Shown here piece by piece: positions 40,573-51,406 of a DNA stretch of 64,000 nucleotides. A model generated the notes under the pieces. It was not told the DNA's origin and searched no databases. It saw nothing but the letters and a program-made list of their open reading frames with translations. The position numbers and the translations under genes were made by a program. The stretch's first letter is position 1, and each line of letters begins with the position of its first letter. Source of the stretch: an uncultured delta proteobacterium (GTDB taxonomy: Bacteria; Myxococcota; Myxococcia; Myxococcales; Anaeromyxobacteraceae); assembly GCA_963828255.1 (NCBI GenBank), contig CAWHDZ010000003.1, forward strand, positions 1 through 64,000, in the 5' to 3' direction.

Positions 40573-42239
40573 CGGAACCACACCAGCGCATCGACGTCGG
40601 CCCGGCCGGTGGGTCGGTTCCACACCGGCGGTTCGGCCCTCCAGCGCCGCTCCAGCCCGTCCGCCACCCGCTCCGCCTCCTCCAGGTACCCTGCCCGCTC
40701 GGCCTCCCGCCCGGCGGGGGAGGGGATCGCCCCGGCCGGGGGCGGGCCGGAAAGGATCGATTCCGCGGTGAGCCGGACCGGCGCCGGATCGGCCACCTCT
40801 CCCTCCCGGTTGCGCCACACCCCGTCCCGCCAGTCGAGCCGGTAGAGGGGCACGAAGGCCTCGCCGCGGGAAGCCACGAACTCCACCGCACGCAGCGTGA
40901 ACTCCACGTCCTCGGGCGAGGCGTACCAGGGAAGCGAGACCCGCACCCAGCCCGGCTTCGCGCCCACCACGCCGTCCGCGATGAGCCTCCGGAACCGTTC
41001 CGACAGATCCCCGGAGATCCCCAGGAGCCGGTGGCCGTAGGGGCCTGCGCAGGAGCAGCCGGCCCGGTTCTGGATCCCGAAGAGGTGGTCGAGGAGCGCC
41101 GAGACGAGGTCGTGGTGCAACCCCTCCACGTTGAAGGAGAGGATGGGCAGGCGCGGGGCGTCGAGCGGTCCGTAGACCCGGATGCGCGGGTGGCGGGAGA
41201 GCCGCTCGACCGCGGCGCGGGCCAGCGCCACGTCGTGGTCGCGGATGGCGGCGGCCCCAACGTGGTCCTTGAGGGCGAAGGCGATGCCGGCCCGCAGGTC
41301 GCCCACGATGTCGGGCGTGCCCCCCTCCTCCCGCTCGGAGAGCCCGTGCACGTAGTCCACCTGGTCGTGCCGGCAGCCCGAGACGTAGTCGACCGTTCCG
41401 CCGCCGGGCCGCTCCGGGGTGCGGCTCCGGAAGAGGTCGCGGTGGGCCACCAGCACGCCCGAACCCTCCGGGCCGCCCGGGAACTTGTGGGTGGAGACGA
41501 AGACCGCGTCGAGCCGCGCCAGGGGGTCCTCCGGGTGCATGTCGATGGGCAGGTAGGGCCCGCCGGCGGCGTAGTCCACGAAGGCGAGAGCCCCCTCCTC
41601 GTGGAGGACCCGGGCCACGCCGGCCACGTCGGTGAGGAGCCCGTCCACGTTGGAGGCGGCCGAGAAGGCCCCGGCCACGAGCGGCCTCCCGCGCGCGGCC
41701 CGGGCGCGGCGGCGCAGGTCGTCGAGGTCCACGTGGCCCCGGGAGTCGAGGGCCACCTCCTCCACGTCGGCGATGCTCTCCACCCAGGGGAGCACGTTGG
41801 AGTGGTGCTCGTACGGGCCGACCAGGACGACCGGGCGCCTCTCCGGGGGGACGTGGGAGGAGAGCCGGTACTCCCGCTCCAGCGGCTCGGGGATGCGCAG
41901 GCCGAGCAGGCCGGTGAGCTTGTTCACCGCGGCGGTGGCCCCGCTGCCCGTGAAGAGGACCACGTCCTCCGGGCCGGCGTTCACGGACCGTGCGATGGCG
42001 GCGCGGGCCTGCTCGCGCAGCCCGTTCATCACCCGGCCGGTGGTGGAGACCGCGGTGTGGGTGTTGGCGTACATGGGGCGGAGCGCGTCCACCCAGCGTT
42101 CCACGAAGTCGAGGTGGTGGCCGGTGGCGGTCCCGTCGGCCGGGTGGAGGAGGCGCGGCCCGAACGGGGTGGGGATGCGCGCCCCGCGCCCGCACTCGGC
42201 GTCGCGCAGGCGCGCCGCCAGCTCCTGGAAGGTGGACAT
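40548..42239 (-). CDS. Class V PLP aminotransferase (cysteine desulfurase/SufS-like)
   Basis: YANTHT, EHHSN, AASNV, DYAA, STHKFPGG, EEGGTP, RAGCSCAG. Confidence 0.88.
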   Translation of the reverse strand: MSTFQELAARLRDAECGRGARIPTPFGPRLLHPADGTATGHHLDFVERWVDALRPMYANTHTAVSTTGRVMNGLREQARAAIARSVNAGPEDVVLFTGSGATAAVNKLTGLLGLRIPEPLEREYRLSSHVPPERRPVVLVGPYEHHSNVLPWVESIADVEEVALDSRGHVDLDDLRRRARAARGRPLVAGAFSAASNVDGLLTDVAGVARVLHEEGALAFVDYAAGGPYLPIDMHPEDPLARLDAVFVSTHKFPGGPEGSGVLVAHRDLFRSRTPERPGGGTVDYVSGCRHDQVDYVHGLSEREEGGTPDIVGDLRAGIAFALKDHVGAAAIRDHDVALARAAVERLSRHPRIRVYGPLDAPRLPILSFNVEGLHHDLVSALLDHLFGIQNRAGCSCAGPYGHRLLGISGDLSERFRRLIADGVVGAKPGWVRVSLPWYASPEDVEFTLRAVEFVASRGEAFVPLYRLDWRDGVWRNREGEVADPAPVRLTAESILSGPPPAGAIPSPAGREAERAGYLEEAERVADGLERRWRAEPPVWNRPTGRADVDALVWFRYVETEGM

Positions 42240-42362
42240 CTCGCGCCGTTCTAGCCCGGCGCTGCCGGGGGGACAAGCAACGGCTTTTCCAGCGTTCCCG
42301 ATGGGTCGCAGAACTGTCCACCCCCCGGTCCGGTGGTAGAAGGGAAGGACCGGAGGTCGAAC

Positions 42363-44767
<2,405 letters not shown>

Positions 44768-44792
<25 letters not shown>

Positions 44793-45538
44793 AGCCGCTC
44801 GGCCCCGCGCCGCCCGTCGAGGGGAGCGAGCCCGAGCCGCGCCAGGTCCCAGCCTGGCGTCCCGTCCTTCACCAGCACGCCCCGCCGCGCCACCCGCACC
44901 GCCCGGTCGATCGCACCCCGGGAGAGGGGTCGGGCGTCGCCGAGCCGCCGCAGCAGGTCGAACCCGGGCGCCGCCGCGCGGGGGTGGCGGAACATGGGGT
45001 CGAAGACCACCACGTCGAAGCTGCGCTCGGGCGAGAGATCCAGCCAGGTGGCGTGGTCGGCGGCGACGACCTCGACCCGGGAGGCCGCTTCGCCGGGGAG
45101 GCGGGCGAACCCCTCGCCGGCCCAGGCTGCGAGCAGGGGCGAGCTCTCGAGTCCCACCACCCGGCCGCCCGCCCCCACCGCGGCGGCCGCCACCAGCGCG
45201 TCGGCCCCCAGACCCAGCGTGCAGTCGAGGACCGCGTCGCCGGGGCGCAGTCGCGCCGCCTCGAGGAACGAGTCGCCGGTGATCCGCTCCCCTGCGAGGA
45301 GGCGCTTGGCGCGCAACCCGCCCATTCCCGGGTGCCAGCGCTGCTCGGCGCCGGCCACCCAGAGGGAGGCGAACCCGCCGAGGACGAGGAGCGCGTCGGC
45401 TCCCGCGGCGGCGGCCACCTCCTCGAGCGACCGGGTGGCCCGGGGCTGGAAGGGGAGGGCGCGCCGGAGGGCCGCGTCCCGGGCGGACGAGAGGGCCTCC
45501 GGCGTGGGGCGGAAGGGAGTGGTGACGGCGAGGCGCAC
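44768..45538 (-). CDS. SAM-dependent methyltransferase (RsmJ-like)
   Basis: [22 protein letters not shown]. Confidence 0.78.
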
Positions 45539-45555
45539 CGGGTATCTATACTTCC

Positions 45556-46560
45556 ATGAGCCTGCCCGTCGCCCACGTCCACGATCCGGTGGCGAACCCG
45601 ATCACCGGGACCGACCTCTCCCCCGAGCAGGTCCACGAGGTCGAGGCCGAGATCCTCGAGCTGAAGCGGGAGAAGGACGCGGTCATCCTGGCCCACAACT
45701 ACCAGCTGCCCGAGATCCAGGGGCTGGCCGACGTGGTGGGAGACTCGCTCCAGCTGGCCATCGAGGCCCAGAGGGTCCCGCAGTCCACCATCGTCTTCTG
45801 CGGCGTCCACTTCATGGCCGAGTCGGCCAAGGTGCTGAACCCCGCCAAGACCGTGCTGCTCCCCAACCTCTCGGCCGGCTGCTCGCTGGCCGACTCCATC
45901 TCGGCCGAGTCGCTGGAGGACTGGAAGGAGCGCTATCCGGGGCACGCGGTGGTCACCTACGTGAACTCCACCGCCGAGGTGAAGGCGCTCTCCGACATCT
46001 GCTGCACCAGCGCCAACGCCGCCAGCGTGGTGCGGTCGCTGCCCGAGAAGAAGATCCTCTTCACCCCCGACCGCAACCTGGGGGCCTGGGTGAAGTCGAA
46101 GGTGCCGGAGAAGGAGGTCGTGGTCTACGACGGGTGCTGCCCCATCCACGACGTGCTGCGCAGCGCCAGCGTGGAGAAGGTGCACGGGGAGCGCCCCGGG
46201 GCCATCGTCATCGCCCACCCGGAGTGCCGCGCCGACGTGCTCGAACTCGCCGACGAGGTCTGCTCCACCACCGGCATGACCGCCGCGGTGGCCCGCCACC
46301 CCGGGGCGAAGACCTTCATCGTGGCCACCGAGCACGGCATCCTCACCGGCCTGAAGAAGCGCTACCCGGACAAGGAGTTCGTGGTGGCCGACGGTTGCCT
46401 GGGCTGCCGCATGCACTGCCCGTACATGAAGATGATCGACCTCGTCATGGTCCGGGACGCGCTGCGCCGCGGCAAGCACGCCATCGAGGTGCCACCCGAC
46501 GTGGCGGCCGGCGCGCGCCGCGCGCTGGAGCGGATGATCGCCGTGCCGCGCGACGCGTAG
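45556..46560 (+). CDS. nadA: Quinolinate synthase
   Basis: ILAHNYQ, FCGVHFMAES, AGCSLAD, YVNS, CCTSAN, AHPEC, CPYMK. Confidence 0.96.
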   Translation: MSLPVAHVHDPVANPITGTDLSPEQVHEVEAEILELKREKDAVILAHNYQLPEIQGLADVVGDSLQLAIEAQRVPQSTIVFCGVHFMAESAKVLNPAKTVLLPNLSAGCSLADSISAESLEDWKERYPGHAVVTYVNSTAEVKALSDICCTSANAASVVRSLPEKKILFTPDRNLGAWVKSKVPEKEVVVYDGCCPIHDVLRSASVEKVHGERPGAIVIAHPECRADVLELADEVCSTTGMTAAVARHPGAKTFIVATEHGILTGLKKRYPDKEFVVADGCLGCRMHCPYMKMIDLVMVRDALRRGKHAIEVPPDVAAGARRALERMIAVPRDA

Positions 46561-46567
46561 CCGCGAC

Positions 46568-46891
46568 TCAGTGGGTCAACCGCCAGAGCATGGCGAGGAC
46601 GCGGTCGCAGAGCGCGAGGGACCCCGCCGAGAGTGCCGGCGGGAAGTACCCGAACGCCTGCGCAACCCGCAGGCTCGCGACCACCTCCTCGGCGCTGCCC
46701 GCGGCGACTCTCCAGAGATGAATGCGGTCCTTGCCAGTCCTTCTCCTGCCCTCGCTCAGGTTCAGCGACACCGACGCCGCCGCGCGGCGAACCTGCTGCG
46801 CCAGACTCGGATCTCGCCTCTCCAGCGCGCCCAGCGGCTCCTTCAGCGACGCCACCATCTGCAGCGAGACCTCGAACGCATCGAACGGCAT
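46568..46891 (-). CDS. Four-helix-bundle protein (23S rRNA IVP / bAvd-like)
   Basis: LAQQVRRAAASVSLNLSEG...AAGSAEE signature. Confidence 0.85.
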   Translation of the reverse strand: MPFDAFEVSLQMVASLKEPLGALERRDPSLAQQVRRAAASVSLNLSEGRRRTGKDRIHLWRVAAGSAEEVVASLRVAQAFGYFPPALSAGSLALCDRVLAMLWRLTH

Positions 46892-47040
46892 GTGCGGCTC
46901 CTTTCCGGGTGGGGTTCGCCCATCCCGGCGCAGGACCCGTGACAGCCCGACGCGGGATCCACCCTCGAACGACCGCGGGCTGGCGCGGGGCGTGCGCCCC
47001 CGAGGCAACCCCACCCAGGAAGGGAGCCGACCCCTCCGGA

Positions 47041-47136
47041 CGCGGCTGCGGCTGCGGCAGCGGCAGCGGAAGCGGAAGCGGAAGCGATTGCGGAAGCGGT
47101 TGCGGTTGCGGTTGCGGTTGCGGTTGCGGTTGCGGA
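47041..47136. repeat. Hexamer tandem array GCGG(CT/CA/AA/TT), about 15 units
   Basis: gcggct gcggct gcggca gcggca gcggaa gcggaa ... gcggtt repeated. Confidence 0.9.
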
Positions 47137-47175
47137 AACTCGAGCGTCAGTTCACCCGGGTGAATCGCGGCCGCA

Positions 47176-47296
47176 TCCGACCCAGATCCCGATCCCGATC
47201 CCGAGACCGAATCCGTGGCCCGAATCCGTGGCCGTGGTCCGAATCCGTGACCGTGGTCCGATGGTCCGAATCCGCGACCGTGGTCCGATCCCGACC
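47176..47296. repeat. Degenerate tandem array (GATCCC, CCGAATCCGTG, CCGTGGTCCG units)
   Basis: Direct reading of the sequence. Confidence 0.8.
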
Positions 47297-47300
47297 CCCC

Positions 47301-49376
47301 CTACCTCGCGGCCTGCGGCTTCCTCGCCGGCATCAACTCCCCGAGGATCCGCTCCGCCCCGTAGATCTTGTCGAGCACGTGCGTCATGGCCGCCGTGTTG
47401 ACCGCCACCGTCCGATTCAGCTTCTCGTCGAATCCGTAATTCCCGGCCAGCGACCAGATGTTCCCGTCGAACACCAGCCCCACGATCCGGCCGTCCCGGT
47501 CCACCATCGGCGACCCGGAGTTGCCGCCGATGATGTCGGTGGTCGCCACCAGGTTGAACCTGGTGTCGAGCGCCAGCCTGGGCTTCGCCTCCAGCCAGCT
47601 CTTGGGGAGCGCGAAGGGCTCGCGGCCGGTGTGGCGCGCGAAGGCCCCGCCCAGGGTGGTGAAGGGAGGCACCACCTTCTTGCCCTCGGTCCAGCCCTTG
47701 ACCGTCCCGAAGCTGAGACGGAGCGTGAACGTCGCGTCGGGATACCCGGAGGCGCCCTCCACCGCGAAGCGGGCCTGGGCGATGGCCTCCGACCCCTTGT
47801 GCACCACCGACTCGATCTCGTCCTCGTACATCTTCCGGACCGCGCGGGCGTCCGGGTCCACTGCGCGGACGAAGGCGATCATGGGGTCCTGCGAGGCGTC
47901 CACCGCGGCCTTGCCCCCCTCCCAGAGCTGCTTGCGGACGGCCAGGTCGCGCACCTTCGTGCCCTGGACGAGCCGCTTCGCCAGCTCGGCCGGGGAATCC
48001 TGGCCGAGCACCTTCTTCGTGAAGGCATGGTCCGGTCCAAGGGTCTCGCGCAGCTTGGTGAGCGACCAGGAGAGCTTGAAGATCTCGAACTCCTCGTCGA
48101 CGGGGGCGGTGCTGAAGAGGGACTGGGTGACGGCCGGGAGCTTGGCGTCCTGGAACTCCTCGAGCCGGTCCGCGCTCGGCTTCTGGCGCTCGTCGGCGCC
48201 GCGGACCAGGGTGCGGGCGAACCGGAAGGAGTCGCTCATGAAGCCCGACGTCCCCATCACGAAGTTCACCTCGTCGCGGACGCTCCTCCTGAGGTCCTCG
48301 GCCTGCTGGATGGAGGCGAAGGCCTTGAGCGCGGGCGGACCGTTCTTGGAATCGGCGGCGAGCTTCTTCCGGAAGGCCTCCTCGGACGCGACCTTCTGCC
48401 CGTAGAAGTCCCGGTCCACGAGCGCCTCGCGCTCCCCCTTCAGCACCTTGAGCGAGTTCTCGACCCCGAAGAGGAGGCTGTTGGAGACGCGCTTCTGCTC
48501 GGCCCCGCGGTTCTGGAACTCGGTGACGGCGCCGCGCAGCTCGGAGAGGCGCATGAGGGTGGCCGGGAGCTGCACGTCACGCTGGTACTCGAGCTCCGCC
48601 ATGGTGAGCTGCCGGTCGGTTCCGCCCGGGTGGCCGGAGACGAAGACCACGTCGCCCTCCTCCGGTCCCGCCGGGTTCCAGGCCAGGAAGTCCTTGTTCT
48701 GGAGCGGTTTGCCGTCGTCGTAGACGCGGACCAGCGCCATGTCGAGGTCGAAGCGGGGGAACATGAAGTTGTCGGGGTCGCCGCCGAAGAAGGCGATGGC
48801 GAACTCGGGCGCGAAGACCATGCGGACGTCCTGGTAGCGCCGGTAGCGGTACAGGTCGTACCGGCCGCCGTGGAAGAGCGTCACCACGTTGCAGCGCAGG
48901 GCCGGGGTGGTCTGGCAGGCGGTCTCGATGCGCCCCGTCTCCGCCTTCAGCGCGTCGCTGAACTTCTGCCCCTCGAGCCCGGCGGTGGCCTTCTGCACGC
49001 GCGCGGTGACGTCGGTGATCTCGACGAGCTGGTTCACCTCCAGCACCGGGCACTTGACCTCCTCGGCGCCGGTCCTCGCGTGGAATCCCTCGGCGATGAA
49101 GTCCTTCTTGGCGCTGGAGAGATCCTGCAGGCAGCCCTCGACGCAGTGGTGGTTCGTGAGCACGAGCCCGTTCGGCGAGACGAAGCTGGCCGAGCAGCCC
49201 TGGGCCAGGCGGGCCGACGAGAGCCGGACGTGGTCGAGCCAGGCGTCGTCCACCTTGACCCCGTACCGCTTCTCGAGCTGGGCCTTCGGGAAGCCGTTGT
49301 AGGTCCACATGCCCTCGTCGGCGCGCGCCGAGGCGGATGCCGTGCAGAGCACGAGGAGGGCGATGGTCTTGCGCAT
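47301..49376 (-). CDS. S46 family dipeptidyl peptidase (DPP7/11-like)
   Basis: ADEGMW, GCSASFVS..GLVLTNHHC, DIIGGNSGSP, GLVFDGN. Confidence 0.93.
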   Translation of the reverse strand: MRKTIALLVLCTASASARADEGMWTYNGFPKAQLEKRYGVKVDDAWLDHVRLSSARLAQGCSASFVSPNGLVLTNHHCVEGCLQDLSSAKKDFIAEGFHARTGAEEVKCPVLEVNQLVEITDVTARVQKATAGLEGQKFSDALKAETGRIETACQTTPALRCNVVTLFHGGRYDLYRYRRYQDVRMVFAPEFAIAFFGGDPDNFMFPRFDLDMALVRVYDDGKPLQNKDFLAWNPAGPEEGDVVFVSGHPGGTDRQLTMAELEYQRDVQLPATLMRLSELRGAVTEFQNRGAEQKRVSNSLLFGVENSLKVLKGEREALVDRDFYGQKVASEEAFRKKLAADSKNGPPALKAFASIQQAEDLRRSVRDEVNFVMGTSGFMSDSFRFARTLVRGADERQKPSADRLEEFQDAKLPAVTQSLFSTAPVDEEFEIFKLSWSLTKLRETLGPDHAFTKKVLGQDSPAELAKRLVQGTKVRDLAVRKQLWEGGKAAVDASQDPMIAFVRAVDPDARAVRKMYEDEIESVVHKGSEAIAQARFAVEGASGYPDATFTLRLSFGTVKGWTEGKKVVPPFTTLGGAFARHTGREPFALPKSWLEAKPRLALDTRFNLVATTDIIGGNSGSPMVDRDGRIVGLVFDGNIWSLAGNYGFDEKLNRTVAVNTAAMTHVLDKIYGAERILGELMPARKPQAAR

Positions 49377-49527
49377 GGTGGGGTCTCCGATGGGCCAGCC
49401 GGGCGCCCCGGGAAGGGGCGAGAGGTGGCACCTGATAAGGCCGTCGCGGGTCCGAGTCAAGGACCCGATGACGGTCGAAGCCGCCCGATTTCTGGATCCT
49501 TTCCGCGGCGGGGCTAGGCTTGGACCC

Positions 49528-49707
49528 ATGAACGACGCCGATCGCGAATGGGTAGGGCTCGTGGCCCACTTCCAGGAACTCGACCGCCGGCTTCGCGACG
49601 CGCCCGTCCGCCGGGAGCCGGTGCTCCCCGCCGACCTGGACGTCGAGGCGGAGCTGGAGCGCTGCTTCTCCCAGCCCGGCCGGAGCGTGTGGGTGAGCGT
49701 GGTATAA
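49528..49707 (+). CDS. Small hypothetical protein
   Basis: 59-aa ORF directly upstream of the next gene, with plausible codon usage. Confidence 0.4.
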   Translation: MNDADREWVGLVAHFQELDRRLRDAPVRREPVLPADLDVEAELERCFSQPGRSVWVSVV

Positions 49708-49717
49708 GCTCGCCTGG

Positions 49718-51367
49718 ATGACCCGATTCAAGATCTGGGGGTTCACGGCGCTGGTGGTGGCGATCGGCCTCGCCGGCGTCTGGGTGTTCACGCAGCGCGC
49801 CGCGGTTCCCGCGCTGGAGCAGGTCTCCGCCACGCTCCGTTCCGGGGCCCTCCAGTTCGAGACCGGCACCCGGCTGCTCTCCCGGCAGGTGAGGGACGTG
49901 GCCGCGGTGGCGGCGCGCGACCCGGCGCTCGCGAGCGGCCTCTCGGCCCTCGAGGCCGGCCGGACCTCCCGGGCCGCCCGCGCCCCCGGGGCAGCGCGCC
50001 CCGACGGCGCTTCCTCGATCGACGTTGCGGCCATCGCCGAGGCCGCCATCAACTCCGCGGCGGCGCTCCTGGAGGTGGAGATGGGGCGCGCGCCGCTGGT
50101 CGGTTCGTCCCACGACCGGACGGTGTCGCTGCGCGTCGGCGACCGGCGTCTCCAGCCCGGCGACGCACTCTCCCAGGCCCTCCTGGGGTCGGGTGCCGCC
50201 CCCCGTCACGTGCGCGTCGGCGACGTCATCTACGCCGTGGCGGTTCACCACGCCGACCGGGGGATCACGCTCGCCTTCGGGCTCCCCATCGACCCCCGCT
50301 GGACGGGCCGGCTCCAGGCCGCCACCGGGGCGGACCTCACCTTCCTCGGCGCGACGCCGGCCTCCTCCCTGTCGCCCGCCGATGCGGCGGCCGTCGTGGC
50401 CGCAGCCACCCGCGGCGGTGCGGGCATGGTCGACGTGGGGCGCCTCGGGCCCGTTCCGGCCGCCGCCGGGCTACCCGGGCTCCCGCTGCTCTTCCTCAGG
50501 GCCCCGGCGTTCCGGGCCCGCCCGCTCGCCCTCTCCGGGATCGACGGGCCGGTGGCGGTCCTCTCGGCGCCGGCCCGGCCGTCGCTCGAGCCCATCGCCG
50601 CCTTCCAGCAGTCCATGCTGGTGGCCCTGCTCGCGCTGGCCATCGTCGGCGTGGGGCTGGGGCTGGCCCGCGAGCCGGTGGTGCCCTCCCACGTCCCGCG
50701 TGAGCTGGCGTCGGTGGCCGACCGGATCTCCCGGGGCGATTTCGAGGTCCGGGTCCCGCGCATGAGCGGGACCTTCGGCACGCTCGCCGCGGCGCTCTCC
50801 CGCGCCTCGGAGACGGCGCGGCTGGCGCGCATCGCCCAGGGGGCCGCGGTGGGCCCGGTCCACCCTCCCCATCCGGCGCCCACGCTCGACGTCCCCCTCC
50901 ACGCCGTTCCGCCGGAGGAGGCCGGGGCGCAGCGCGACGGCGAACCGTTCGGGGTGAGCGGGCTTGCGCCTCCGGCCACCCCCACGCCGCTCCCCGTCCC
51001 CGGCCGCGCCGCCCACCCGCTCACCGCCGCCGAGGTGGTCCTCGCCGCCCAGGCCGCGCGCGCTGGTCACCCCCGCACGACGATGCCCATCGGCGGGGAC
51101 GGTCCGGACACCCCTGCTCCCGGTCACGCCACGCCCTCGCCGGCGGAGGAAGAGCTCGACGCGTCCTGGCGCAGCGTTCACGAGGAGTTCTTGCGGGTGC
51201 GCTCCGCCCAGGGGGAGCCGGTGGACGGGGTCTCCTGGGACCGGTTCCGCGACAAGCTGCGCAAGAACCGCGATCTCCTGGTGCAGAAGTACGCCTGCCG
51301 GACGGTGCGCTTCCAGGTCTACGTGAAGGAAGGCAGGACGGCGCTGCGGGCGACGCCCGTGAGGTAG
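49718..51367 (+). CDS. Membrane protein with HAMP-like segment and MXAN_5187-type C-terminal domain
   Basis: Two TMs, ISRGDFEVRVP, and C-terminal WDRFRDKLRKNR..L..KY.C..VRFQVYVKEGR..L.ATP. Confidence 0.75.
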   Translation: MTRFKIWGFTALVVAIGLAGVWVFTQRAAVPALEQVSATLRSGALQFETGTRLLSRQVRDVAAVAARDPALASGLSALEAGRTSRAARAPGAARPDGASSIDVAAIAEAAINSAAALLEVEMGRAPLVGSSHDRTVSLRVGDRRLQPGDALSQALLGSGAAPRHVRVGDVIYAVAVHHADRGITLAFGLPIDPRWTGRLQAATGADLTFLGATPASSLSPADAAAVVAAATRGGAGMVDVGRLGPVPAAAGLPGLPLLFLRAPAFRARPLALSGIDGPVAVLSAPARPSLEPIAAFQQSMLVALLALAIVGVGLGLAREPVVPSHVPRELASVADRISRGDFEVRVPRMSGTFGTLAAALSRASETARLARIAQGAAVGPVHPPHPAPTLDVPLHAVPPEEAGAQRDGEPFGVSGLAPPATPTPLPVPGRAAHPLTAAEVVLAAQAARAGHPRTTMPIGGDGPDTPAPGHATPSPAEEELDASWRSVHEEFLRVRSAQGEPVDGVSWDRFRDKLRKNRDLLVQKYACRTVRFQVYVKEGRTALRATPVR

Positions 51368-51406
51368 TGGGAAAAGCTTGCGCCGTCTTCGAAGAAGACG
51401 GCGCTG

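Noticed and set aside
38597..40623. Duplicated gene end as a DGR TR/VR pair or prophage att sites
   Set aside because: Differences are largely synonymous and not adenine-specific. No RT, integrase or phage genes are present.
46568..46891. Diversity-generating retroelement (Avd-like gene)
   Set aside because: No reverse transcriptase and no TR/VR pair differing at adenines are visible in the window.
47041..47296. Tandem arrays as CRISPR or as a coding Arg/Leu or Cys/Gly repeat protein
   Set aside because: There are no unique spacers, and translations are low-complexity in all frames with no credible start.
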